Assembly: GCF_963921235.1 (NCBI RefSeq)
Contig: NC_086097.1
Span: 52,020,001 to 52,084,000, forward strand
Direction: 5' to 3'
DNA length: 64,000 bases
DNA from: Mobula hypostoma
Taxonomy: Eukaryota
Shown: piece by piece, positions 39,601 through 52,110 of the stretch
Layout: each line of letters opens with the position of its first letter
How positions within the stretch are numbered: position 1 is the stretch's first letter
Made by a program: the position numbers and the translations under genes
Notes under the pieces: generated by a model
What the model saw: only the letters and a program-made list of their open reading frames with translations
Told to the model about the DNA's origin: nothing
Database searches by the model: none

Positions 39601-39700
39601 ATTTTTTTAACTCTAATGTCTCACTGCACTTCAACAGGTAGGTAGTTGTCTCAGGTTTGTTTTAAAACTTCTTCATCACCACTGTTATGTTTTGTAACAT
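36608..39700 (-). mobile_element. Decayed Ty3/Gypsy LTR retrotransposon, internally deleted
   Basis: Integrase PWQKIHVDFA..FLVVVDA..WPEVF..VSDNGPQF, RT remnants and gag start near 39420. 3' LTR at 36608-36847 follows a polypurine tract. Only ~17 bp of the 5' LTR and a PBS-like TGGTGATGAAG survive at ~39670-39700. Confidence 0.9.
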
Positions 39701-40111
39701 GTCAGGAAGACAAAAAAATTGGACAGCACAGAGAAGAGAAAAAGATGAAAATTCAAGCTGCAGTTTCAAAAAGAGCACTACTTTGCATGCTGTTGATGAA
39801 AAATCTGATAATGATGAGAGTGACACAGGATTGTGTAGCCTTGAGATTTACAGTGTGAAAATTAGCAATAGACAAGCAATGTAGTTTGCACCAGAAGTGA
39901 ATGTCAAATTAATTAAAATGGAATCGCACATTGGTTCAGCTGCTTCAGTCATTCCATAACATGAGTTTGAACGGCATTTCAAAGATACCAAAATGACTAT
40001 TGCAGATTTCCAACTCAGAACTTTTACTGGAGAAAAGGTAACTCCTGTGGGAATGACATTTGCGACAGTGCAATACAACAACCAACAGGTCACATTGAGC
40101 TTGTATATGGT

Positions 40112-40394
40112 GTTGGCACGTGGACAAGTGGTTAAGGTGTTTGTCTAGTGATTTGAAGGTCACTAGTTCGAGCCTTGGCTGAGGCAGCGTGTGTGTCCTT
40201 GAGCAAGGCACTTAACCACACCGGTGCCAAGCTGTATGGGTCCTAATGCCCTTCCATTGGACGACATAGGTGGCATGGGGAGGGGAGACTTGTAGCATGG
40301 GCAACTGCTGGTCTTCCATACAACCTTGCCCAGGCCTGTGCACTGGAAACTTTCCAAAGCGCAAGTTCATGGTCTCATGAGACTAACGGATGCC
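40112..40394 (+). mobile_element. tRNA-derived SINE
   Basis: A-box TGGACAAGTGG, B-box GTTCGAGCC and CORE-like GTGTCCTTGAGCAAGGCACTTAACC. 8-bp TSD TATATGGT (40104-40111, 40395-40402). Confidence 0.85.
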
Positions 40395-41461
40395 TATATG
40401 GTAAAAATAGGAGGACCAACCTTGTGGGGGTGTGATTGGCTGAGATAACTACAACTTTATTGCAGATCTATGCACAATTTGCATGCCACATCCCCTGCAA
40501 TGAAGCCAACTGAAAGTGAATTAAGAAAGATACTGGAAGATGCTATTGGAAAACTCAAACATATCAAGGGTAAAATAGTGTTAAATAAAAATACTGCACC
40601 ATAATTTTGCAAAGCCTATCTGGTTCCTTACACCATCTGTGATAAAGTAGCCGGTGAGCTAGTTTGCAAGGAGGCTGGACAAATTCTTTCCAAGGTTGAT
40701 TGGAGCCCATGGGCAATTCCAGTGATCCCAGCAGCCAAGAAGAATGGGTTTGTCTGGATCTGTGGTGATATTAAGGTCACCATCAACCCAGTACTGAAAA
40801 TAGATCCATACATTCTGCCCACTCTGTTATCTGGATGATATCATTGTTTCAGTAAAGATGATAAGGAACATCTCCAAAACCTCAAGACATTGTTAAAAAG
40901 ATTAGAAGATCATAGGCTTAGAGCACAATGTGACAAGTGAGAATTCTTTAGACTGAGCATCACTTACTGTGGTCAGACCATTGATGCACAAGCATTACAC
41001 AAGTGTGTTGAGAAAATTCAAGCAGTGGAGGATGCCCCCAGGCAAAAGGATGTGTCATAGTTGCAGTCTTTTTTAGGATTGTCTACTACTGTAACAGGTT
41101 CCTTCCAAATCTGGCTACTATGCTCCACCCTTTGAACTCATTACTACAGATCAGGAAGAAATGGCAATGGACAAAGTAGTGTGAGGTGGCTTTCCAAAAG
41201 GCAATGGAAATGATAGCAGATACTGTACTCACACATTATGATCCACATCATCCAGTGTAAGTTGTCTGTGAGACCTTAGCTTATTGTATAGGTGCAGTTG
41301 CATGTTATCAGTGATGGAACTGACCGCCCCATAGCTTTTGCATCATGTTCCTTTACCACTGCAGAGAAAGATTATGCACAGATTGACAGAGAGGCCTTGA
41401 GTCTGGATTGGAATGTAAAATGTTTCAGCCTGTACTTGTAAGGCAGAGAGTTTATACTTAT

Positions 41462-43254
41462 TGTCATGGTCCGGTCCTTGAAGTCTGTATTCCGGTTCAT
41501 AGTTCCTTATTCCAGGGTTTCTAGTTTTCCCCAGTTTCTGTTGTAGGCACATGATTCTCGTTTTGGGGCTGAGACATAAATACCTCTGCAAACCAGGGAT
41601 TCCCTGCTGGACTGTCCTGTTCCCCTCCTTGTCTTTTCCCCTTTGCCTGACTCTCTGCCTGGATACCTCGCCTGCACCACTGTCGAGTTCAATCGCCAAT
41701 GCAGAGATGGAACTGTCTGTCATTCTTCAGTGTTTGTCTCTTCTTGTCCTCGCCTCAGTGGGGTAAGACAGGCCATTCTTCCGTTACCCTGCAGGGGGAT
41801 CTGTCTTGTCTTGTCCTTGTCTCTGTGGAGAAATCAGGCCGTTCTGCAGTTGCCCTGCAGGGGGATCTGTCTTGTGCTTGCCTCCGTGGGGTAAGTCTGG
41901 CCTATCTGCCATTGCCCTGCAGGGGGATCTGTCTTGTCTTGTCCTTGCCTCCATGAGGTAAGTCAGGCCGTTCTGCCGTTACTCAACGGATGTCCCACCT
42001 TGGTGTGGAGATGAAGTTGAGTCCCGACTTGTCTAAGTATAAAGTCCCGGCTCGATGTTGATGTACAGTTCCCAGTCTGTCTCCGAGCTCCAGCCTCCGA
42101 GTTATCAACCTCCACATTCCAAGCCTCAAGACCCCAAGCCTGTCTCCAAGCCTCAAGCCTCAAGCCTCAAGCCTCAAGACTTCAAGCCTGTCTCCAAGCC
42201 TCAAGACCCATATAACCATATAACAATTACAGCACGGAAACAGGCCATCTCGGCCCTTCTAGTCCATGCTGAACACTTACTCTCACCTAGTCTCACCGAC
42301 CTGCACTCAACCCATAACCTTCTAATTATGTAGTGTGATAGAATAACTATTGGTGGTGATTTTGGAAAGAAGGGATGATGGATCGAGCTAATCCAGGCTT
42401 TAGATGTTGAAACTGTGATTTACAAATCTCAGAAAGATCCAAAGTAACTTAATCCCCATTCATCTAAACAGACATAGTAGAGTTAGGAATGTCCATGAGT
42501 GAAGTTTCAAAAGAGGCTGTATTCCATTGTCCATCTGCAGAGGCAGCCTCAACCTCTTCAGCGGGAGCATTTTAGGTAAATGAGATAGAGAACTGAATGG
42601 AAGATACACTGCAAATTTTTTAGCCAAGTATAGTGGATTCCAGTTAATTAGGCCATCAGTTAATCAGACAGCCACTTACTTGGGACAATTAAAATCAGTC
42701 AGACTTGATTGATGTGTTTACAATTGACTTGCATCGTCATCCATGTTACCCCATACTTACAAACATTCTATCTACAGGATAACTTATGGGCCATAGAATA
42801 TTGGCAACAAAATTTAAACCTGATGGTTGAGTATAGTAGCACAGATTGTTCTGGCACCACGCTGCTGACATTTTCCAAGTGAGTTAGCTGTTTGACAAAT
42901 GCATTTTCATCACTGTTGTATGATAGCCAAATTGTTTATTGCATGATAAAACCCAAGCCTGTCTCCAAGCCTTAAGCCTCAAGACCCCAAGCCTGTCTCC
43001 AAACCTCAAGCCTCAGGACCCCAGCCTCCCGTCCTGCAGTCATGTCATGTCCAAGACCCAGGTTCTGGAGCCTGAGCCCGAGGCAAGACCCAGGTTCTGG
43101 GTCCTTGTCCAGTTTCTGGCTCGGTGTCCAAGCCCAAGTCTGCGTTCTTGTCCCTGCTCTTTGTCTGTATCCTGTCACGTCCCTACTCTGGTCAAGTCCT
43201 GTTCAGTGTCTGTGTCTTGCGTTTGGGTCCGCTACCAGCGCCCCCATTGTGACA
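41462..43254 (+). mobile_element. Solo LTR with internal tandem repeats and a foreign insert
   Basis: TGTCA...TGACA termini and 5-bp TSD CTTAT (41457-41461, 43255-43259). About four ~60-bp units at 41735-41980 and CAAGCCT-based repeats. The host Gypsy RNase H reads through when the LTR is removed. Confidence 0.85.
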
Positions 43255-43502
43255 CTTATTACTGATCATGAACCACTGGTGTCCATTTTCAACCCACAGC
43301 AGAGTGTTCCACTAACAGCAGCAGCTCAAATGCAGAGATGGGCTCTGTTTCTTGGAGGATAGAATTCAAGATGAATTTCAGTGGACAGCTAATCATGGAA
43401 ATGCCGATGGATTATCCTGTTTTTCCTTGGAAAAGGAAATACCTGAAAAATTTACTGAAAAACAAACTCCTCTTGATGGATTCTCCCTGACACAAACTGA
43501 AT

Positions 43503-46500
43503 GAACTCCAGATCATTCAGCAGGCTGAAGGGGTGATTGATAGGGTATATAGAGAGGTATTTAGACCCAAGGGACAGGACACAGGAGGCTGGGTGACAGT
43601 CATGAAGGGGAACGGGTTAAGGAGCCAGTGCAGAGAATCCCAATGGCCATCCCCTCAACAAAAGGTATTTCACTTTGGATGCTGTTGGGGAAGATGAACT
43701 AGCAGAGGAAAGTCACAATCATCGGATCTCTGGCACTGAGTTTGCCTCTGTGATTCAGAGGGGAAGGGGAAAGAAGAGGCACACTGTGGTGATGGGAGAT
43801 TTATTAGTAAGGGGAATGGACAGGAGGTTTTGTGAGCAAAAATGAGATTCCTGGATGGTATGTTGCCTCCTGGGTGCCAGGATCTGGGATATCTCAGATC
43901 GAGTCCTCAGCATTCTTAGGTGGGAGGGTGAGCAGCCTGAGGTCGTCATCCTTGTCGGTACCAATGACATTGGTAGGAAGAGTGATAAGGTTCTACATAG
44001 GGAATACAGGGAGTTAGGTTCTAAAGGGTAGGACCCCAGGGTTGTGATCTCAGGATTGCTACCCATGTCACGTGTAGTGAGGCTAGAACTGGGAATATTA
44101 TACAGTTTAACATGTGGCCAGGGAGTTGGTGTAGGAGGAAGGACATAAGATTTTTGAATCATTGGTCTCTCTTCCAGAGAAGGTGGGACTGTACAGAAAG
44201 AACGGTTTGCACTTGAACTGGCGGAGGTGGTCTAATATCGTAGTGGGAAGGTTTGCTAATGCTGCACGGTGGGGTTTAGACTAGAGTTGCAGGAGGATGG
44301 GAACCAGAGTACCAGAACTGTTAGTGGAGAGGCTCTAGAGGCAGACGTTGGTAAGACCTCAGACAAAGTTAGGAATCAAAAGGTTGGGCATGGTCTGACA
44401 AAGTCAGAATGGATGAATACAGGACTGACGGTTCTCTATCTGACTCATCGTTTCCACAGATACTGCCCAACCTGCTGAGTTCCTCCAGCGAGTTGTGAGT
44501 GGTTCTCTATCTGAATATGCACAGTATGCGGAATAAGGTAGATGAACTTGCAGCACGGTTGCAGATTGGCTGGTATGATGTTGTAGGCATCATGGAATCA
44601 TGGCTGAAAGATTATAGCTGGGAGCTTAATGTCCAAGGATATACATTGTATCAAAAGGATAGGCAGGAATGCAGGTGGGGGGGCGGCATTGCTCTTTGGT
44701 GAAAATGAAATCAATTCATTAGAAAGAGAAGACATAGGGTCGGAAAGTGTTGAATCATTGTAGATAGAACTAAGGAACTGCAAGGGTAAAAAGACCCTGA
44801 CTGGAGTTGCATACAGACCCCCAAAAGGTATTAAGGATATTACCGACAAATTACAACAGGAGATAGAAACGCATGCCAAAAGGGCAATGTTACAATAGTC
44901 ATGGGGGATGTCAATATGTAGATAGATTGGGGAAAATCAGGTTTGTGCTGGATTACAGGAGGGGGAATTTCTAGAGTGCCTATGAGATGGCTTTTTAGAG
45001 CAGCTTGTGGTTGAGCCCATTAGGGGACCAGCTATTCCGGACTGGGTGTTGTACGATGAACAACAATTGATCGGAGAGCTTAAGGTAAAAGAACCCTTTG
45101 GGGAAAGTGATCATAATATAATTGAGTTCACCCTGAAATTTGAGAAGGGGAAGCTAAAGTCAGCTGTATCAGTATTGTTGTGGAGTAAATGGAATTACAG
45201 AGGCATGAGAGAGGAGTTGGCCAGAATTGATCGGGAAAAAACACTGGCAGGGATGACGACAGAGCAGCAATAGCTGGAATTTCTGGAAGCAATTCAGAAA
45301 GCACAGGATGTGTACATCCCAAAGAGGAAAAAGTATTCTAAAGGAAAGATGGCTGACAACAGAAGTCAAAGCCAACATAAAAGCCTAAGAGAGGGTATAT
45401 AATGGAGCAAAGATTAGTTGGAAGTTAGAGGATTGGGAAACTTTTAACAACCAGCAGAAGGCAACCAATACAATCATTAAGAAGATAAAGATGGAATACA
45501 AAAGTAAGCTAGCCAATAACATTAAAGAGGTTTAATTAATGCCAAAGGTTTCTTCAGATACATAAAATGTAAAAGAGAGGCGAGAGTAGATATCGGACTG
45601 CTGGAAAATGATGCTGGAGAGGTAGTTATGGGGGACAACGAAATAGCGGACAGACTGAATAAGTGTTTTGCATTAGACTCACTGTGAAAGACACTAGCAG
45701 TATGGTGGAAGTTCCAGGTGTTGGGGGCATGAAGTGTGCAAAATTATCATAACTAGAGACAAGGTTCTTGAGAAACTGAAAGGTCTGAAAGCAGATAGGT
45801 CAACTGGATCAGATAGTGTACACTCCAGAGTTCTGAAAGAGGTGGCTGAAGAGATTGTGGAGGCATTAGTAATGATCTTTCAAGGATCACTAGATTCTGG
45901 AATGATTCTGGAAGACTGGAAAATTGCAAAAGTCACTCCACTCTTCAAGAAGGGAGAGAAGAAGAAGAAGGGAAACTGTAGACCAGTTAGTCTGACCTCA
46001 GTGCTTGGGAAAATGTTGGAATCGATTATTAAGGATGAGGTCTCAGGGTGCTGGGAGGCACATGATAAAATAAGCCATAGTCAGCATGGCTTCCTCAAAG
46101 GAAAATCTTGCCTGACAAATCTATCGGAATTCTTTGAAGAAGTTACAAGCAGGATAAGCAAAAGATAATCAGTTGGATTTTCTGAAGGCCTTTGATAAGG
46201 TGCCACACACTTTGTGTGACTGTTTAACAAGCTATGAGTCCATGGTATTACAGGAAAGATTCTGGCATGGATAAAGCAGTGGCTGATTGGCAGGAGGCAA
46301 AGAGTGGGAATAAGGGGAACCTTTCTAGTTGGCTGTTAGTTACTAGTGGTGTTCCACAGGGGTCTGTGTTGAGAACAATTCTTTTTCATTATATGGCAAT
46401 GATTTGGATGATGGAATTGATGGCTGTGTTGCAAAGTTTACAGACGATATAAAGATGGGTGGAGGGGCAGATAGTTTTGAGGAAGTAAAGGGGCTACAGA

Positions 46501-46989
46501 AGGACTGAGACAGATAGAAGAAATGGCAGATGGAAAACAGTGTCGGAAAGTATATGGTCATGCACTTTGGTAGAAGGAATGAAGGGGTTGACTATTTTCT
46601 AAATGGAGAGAAAATACAAAAAAACTGAGAGAAATTCAGAAGAATGAGGGGAGACCTCACTGAAACATATTGAATAGTGAAAGGCCTTGATAGAGTGGAT
46701 GTGGAAAGGATACTTCCTGTGGACACAGCTTTTCAGAACAGAGATGAGGAAGAATTTCTTTAACCAGAGGGTGGTGAATCTGTGGAATTCTTTGACACAG
46801 GCTGCTGTGGAGGCCATGTCTTTATGTATATTTAAGGCAGAAGTTGATAGATTCTTGATCAGTCAGGGCATGAAGGGAGACAGGGAGAAGGCAAGAGATC
46901 AGGGCTGAGAGGAAAATTGGATCAGCCATGATGAAATGGTGGAGCAGACTTGATGAGCCAAATGGCCTAATTGTACTCTGTATCTTATG
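43503..46989 (+). mobile_element. Long CR1 LINE (ORF1 SGNH-esterase region + ORF2), disabled
   Basis: ORF1 VVMGDLLVRG..VCCLLGARI..PEVVILVGTNDIG. ORF2 YDVVGIMESWL, GESDHNII, GNCRPVSLTS, SQHGFLKGKSCLTNL, SGVPQGSV, KFTDD. CR1 3' UTR present, deletion near 46630. Confidence 0.9.
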
Positions 46990-49900
46990 GAATATCTCCC
47001 TATGATAGCAGAGATGGTCCAAAGGGAAACTAGAAAAGACTTCACATTATCTCAGGTCTACATAGCCACTCAAAATGGCTGGAATGTGCAACAAAAATCC
47101 CACTTCCCTTATTTTTACCAGTGCTGGGATGAACTTGTCCTCGATGGGGCTTATGTGGTGATTGAGGGATTGAGTGTTGTTGTAACATCCAAGCTGAGAG
47201 TGAATGTGTTGGAGGAGTTGCATGCTGGTCATCTGGGCGTGGTGAAAATGAAAACAGCAGCTCAAAGTTTTCTCTGGAGGCCTGGGATATATCCACAGAT
47301 TGAGCATCTTGCTATACACTATACGCATGCCAACATGTCCAGAAGATGCCAAGAGCAGCACCTCTCCATCCCTGAGAAAGGCCTGCATTGCCCTGGTAGA
47401 GGATTCATGTAGATTTTGCTGGACCGTTCATGGGCAGAAATCTCTTGGTAGTAGTGGCTGTAGCTACAAGGTGGCCAGAAGTGTTCCTAGTGACCTCCAC
47501 TGCAGCCTTGCACACTGTTGATCTGTTGAGAAGCCTCTTTGCAAAGACTGAATGTTCCATAATGGACTACAGTTTGTGGAGGAACAGTTTCAATTATTCC
47601 TGAAAATGAATGGAATAAGACAAATTATATCTGCACCCTATCACCCAGCTGCAAATGGTTTGGTGGAAAGGTTTGTCCAGAGTCTAAAGAACACAATGTG
47701 CACAATGTCAGCCGAACACAACACTAACACTGAACCAGAAGCTTGCTAATTTCCTCCTTGCATATCGTAATGCAACACCCTACATGACCCAGACCTCACC
47801 ATCTATGTTGTTTCTGGGTTGTCTTTTGCATTCATACTTGGATCTCCTCAAACTCAGTCTCAGACGGAGGACACAAGACAGGCGGCTGAGACAAGCTGAA
47901 GGCTCCTCAAACAAGGAGGTTCAATGTTTCACTCCTGGACAAGCAGTCCTGGTGAGGGACTACAGGGATGATCAAAAGTGGGTGTTCAAAAGGATTAAGG
48001 ACAGAACTGGACCACTCTCCTAATAGTGGAGATTGAGTCTGATATCATCTGGAGACAACACATCAATCAGTTGAGGAGAGCAGAGTCAATTGATAGAGAA
48101 GAAAGTTGCCTGCCACTGTCAGAACCACATCCTGCAGACTCAGTCAGCTCCTACCGCCACCACGAAGGAGGCCCCAGGACCTGAGATTGCTTCAAAGTCA
48201 CAACTCTGATCCACCAAACAGAGTGATCCTGCATGTCACGAAAGACGTTATCTCACAAGAATAAGAAATCCTCTACAGCGATTACATCTTTAAGCCCAAA
48301 TGGAACAATTTAAAACTTACAATGCTGTGGATGTCTGTATAGAGTAGTTGTGTTAGATAGTATACTGTGTATATAGTTGAGATGCATTCTACATTGAGTT
48401 GGAGTAAATAGCTAAGCAGGGAGGAATGTTGTTTCAATATTTTGGTTGTATTTGAGTAATCTTGTATCTAGATTGGTTGATTGAGCATTCCTGTTTGTTT
48501 AACTAATTAATTACGGGTCATATGCAAAAAATATGTTAATTGTATATGTCATTATACTATCACGTGATACTCGAACTACACCTGTATTTCGGACTCCTCG
48601 CATCTCCTTTTGAATTAATTTAATGTTTTGAAGTTACAAAACATAACAATGGCCAACTGAATTAATTTAACTGTATGATAATTGAATTAAATCTGTCGTT
48701 AAATCTGGTCTTCTACTAAATCTGGCCTTAAATTCATTGAATATGAAGGTGGCTGATGGATCTAAATCTCCCTTCAACTGAAAGACCTGGAATGAGGTAG
48801 TAAAGTTTAACAGCTCATAATAATGATAGCATTCCTTTCATAATTTTTTGAGTTCTTGGTTTTAAAATGTTTCTGATTTTGAATAAAACATTGCAAAATT
48901 ATCTGGAAGAGTTTAACCTGGACAAATTTGAGTTGCATGATGTGTACCTGGTGTATTCAATACTTCAGCAATCATTCCAAAATTATTTCCTAGCTTTTCT
49001 TTCAAAGGAAACCTCTGTGGGAATATAATTTTTCAATAAAGCCTTTGAGCCACACTGAACTCAGAATGTGGTATTGTGCAATGCCTCCGTTTAACAAATT
49101 GAAGAGAATTAATTTTGTCATTAAGAAAACTTTAATCAACATGTGGATACATTTATGATGTTATTTAGAAAAAGTTTTTCAAATTGAGTCAGAGTCATAG
49201 AACACTACAGCACAGAATCAGGTCCTTTGGCTAATCTAGTCGATGCCAAACTTCTCTGCCTAGTCTCATTGACCATTAAATATTTCACCTTTCACTCTTA
49301 ACTCATGACCTTTAGTTCTAGTAGTGAGATGTCATTCAATATTTTGGTGCTCCACTACATGTCTAATGTTTTTACATTCAGTGTGATAATGTGGCATGAA
49401 CTATTTATGTTGTGCACTTTCTGTTGCGTTACAGATCTGAAGCAAAATAGACTTCTTCAGGCAATTTATTTCTCCATTCGCCATCAGGCTGCGTTTCATA
49501 CTTGAGTGTGTAATTTTAGTTATATTCATCTTAAAAAATATCACTGTTTCAGGCTTTTGTAAGTTAACATTAAATTGGGTGAGTTACCAACCTCAAGTGG
49601 TCATGAAGGGGAAAACAGTCTAACAGTGTGACACATGTTACAATGCTGACAGGCATGGATCTGAAAAGATGGCTATTTCCTTTTCCCTAGTGGGACTGAG
49701 ATTTTACAAAAGTAGATGGTTCAGCATATTTCAAATTCCTTTTGGAGCCTGATGGCTTGCTACACATTTCCAGTAGCCATAGCTGACACAATGAGCTATC
49801 GTCAACAGCTATGTTTCAAATGAGTCCAAGCAAGAGTAATTTATTTTAGCATACTTTCAAGTTATCAAGGGCTGCAGCTCATTATTTGCCTAATAGGCAC

Positions 49901-50898
49901 TGAATATCCTTTAATATGTTGCAGTTTAAAATAGTTGTCCTTCACTTAGCAAACTTGCATTTGACAATGGAATCTTTGAATTTGGAATTTCCATATTTGA
50001 AATCAAAAATGGGTGGATTACCATTGAATGACTGAGGTCTGACAGAATCCTGGAATGCCCTCCTTTCTCTTGATCATTTATAAGTCTCCACAACTGCTTC
50101 TTTGCCAGCTGGCATGAAATCTTGATGGATGGTTGCAAGTCATCAGGAAAGTAAAACCAAACCTTTCCCTTGATTTCCAGCGATCTAAAATGAATGCATG
50201 AGCTTAGTAAAACTAAAATGAATTTAACAAACGTTTTATTCATATGCAATGAAGTCCTTTGTTAAGTTAACAGCACAAATATTTCAGTTATAAAAATGCA
50301 TTTATAATTTATCACATTTATCTTCAAAATGTATTTGTCATTTATAGTAAAAATTTTTATGGATTTTGTGAAGACTACCCCTGCTAACTTTTTGAAGTGA
50401 AAGCATTAGCGTTAATATGATTGAAAGGTTCATGACTTTAACCACTGCTGAATATACCAACATGAGCTTTTCTATAGTCTCCATCACCAACTTGTAAATT
50501 TCCCTGAAATCATTCCAGGTTGCAATCAATGTCAAAATTGTCATCCTTTCCTCCCAAATATTCACTATATACATCTACACTTGTTTTCCATAACCATCTG
50601 TTGTAAAATATGATAGAACTTTCAACAGAAATATTTGCTGAAGGTGCTCTTGTGATTGTTTATTCTGTACTTGTCCAAATGTTGGCTCACTTTCCCAATT
50701 GATCTAGACTCAGTTGTAATCTTAGATAACCTTCTTCATCATCCTCTGTACCACCAAATTTTATTGTCATCTGTACTTACCATTCCAACTAATTCTCATC
50801 CAAATTATTAACAGAAATTATGAACAATAATGGATCTGCTAAATATTGCTCCACAACCACTTTCTGATTCCAAAGAAAAGTAGCATCCACCATCAAAA

Positions 50899-52110
50899 TG
50901 TTGCAAGGGGCGGCTGGAGGAAGTGGACCCAAGTGCAGGACACAGGCATGGAGACTTGACATGGAGACAGACTTGGACTTGACTTGGACGCGGAGCCAGG
51001 ACTTAGACTTGACTTGGACACAGAGTCTGGACTTGGACTTGACTGGAACACAGAGCCTGGACTTGGACTTCACTGGAACACAGAGCCTGGACTTGGACTT
51101 CACTGGAACACAGAGCCTGGACTTGGACTTCACTGGAACACAGAGCCTGGACTTGGACTTCACTGGAACACAGAGCCTGGACTTGGACTTGACTGGAACA
51201 CAGAGCCTGGACTTGGACTTGACTGGAACACAGAGCCTGGACTTGGACTTGACTTGGACACAGAGCCTGGACTTGGACTTGACTGGAACACAGAGCCTGG
51301 ACTTGGACTTGACTGGAACACAGAGCCTGGACTTGGACTTGACTTGGACACAGAGCCTGGACTTGGACTTGACTGGAACACAGAGCCTGGACTTGGACTT
51401 GACTGGAACACAGAGCCTGGACTTGGACTTGACTGGAACACAGAGCCTGGACTTGGACTTGACTTGGACACAGAGCCTGGACTTGGACTTGACTGGAACA
51501 CAGAGCCTGGACTTGGACTGGGACACAAAGAGACAGAATTCCCATAGCGGCAAATGGCCGGACCTACTCAGCTGGAAATGAGATGACTAAACCAAACAAA
51601 AACAGGCAATACGTATCTTGACATGGAGAAGCTCATGAAGCGGCAAATGGCTGGCAATCACTTGACTGGACACGAAGCCTTGACTTGGACTGAGACTTGG
51701 AGCCTTCAAAACAAAACAACAGGCCACTCGAATCCCGGTTCAGAGCAGCGGCAAAACTCAGCTGGACACGAGACAACAAAAACAAACAACGATAGAGCAC
51801 TCACATCGCGGGTTGGAGCAGTGGCAATATGGCCGGCATCACACAGCTGGACATGAGACAACAAAAACAAACAACAACAGACAATATGAGTCTTGACACG
51901 AAGCTCATGAAGATGGTCCATTATTCTTGGCGGCTCAGAACATTCATCGCCGCCCTGGCTACGGTGACAAACCAGCAGCGAGTAGATGTAAGCTGGAGTT
52001 TTTATGCTGCCAATTCAAATGAGAATCAGGTGCCCTAATCAAGGAGCCCAGTGGAACACGGGGAAAAGGAAATTAACTGAAATGAGGAGTCAACAGACCG
52101 GATTGTGACA
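50899..52110 (-). mobile_element. Solo LTR related to 41462-43254, with an expanded minisatellite
   Basis: TG...CA termini and TSD CAAAA/CAAAG. Shares terminal motifs (GGACCCAA.TGCA.GACACAG; TCCGGTC; GGCAC.TGATTCTC) with the 41462-43254 LTR in opposite orientation. Confidence 0.8.
50971..51527. repeat. 30-bp minisatellite, 18 full units plus a partial unit
   Basis: Unit ACTTGGACTTGACTGGAACACAGAGCCTGG with variant middles CACTGGAACA and GACTTGGACA. No spacers. Confidence 0.97.

Larger units (their letters stand above)
39700..48648 (+). mobile_element. Decayed Gypsy element of the same family, 5'-deleted, with three nested insertions
   Basis: Gag end/protease at 39700-40100, RT (PWAIPVIP, ICGDIKVTINP, YLDDII), RNase H (TDHEPLVSIF..MQRWALFL), integrase (LEELHAGHLGVVKMK, HVDFAGPF, APYHPAANGLVERFV). 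PPT AAGCAGGGAGGAA, then 3' LTR at 48427-48648 (TGTTG...ATAACA). Confidence 0.9.

Noticed and set aside
40112..40190. tRNA gene
   Set aside because: A and B boxes continue into a SINE body and tail bounded by a TSD, with no convincing cloverleaf.
50971..51527. 30-bp repeats as a CRISPR array or repeat-protein gene
   Set aside because: Units are directly adjacent with no unique spacers and no cas genes. The long ORFs follow from a nearly stop-free unit whose length is a multiple of 3, inside an LTR.
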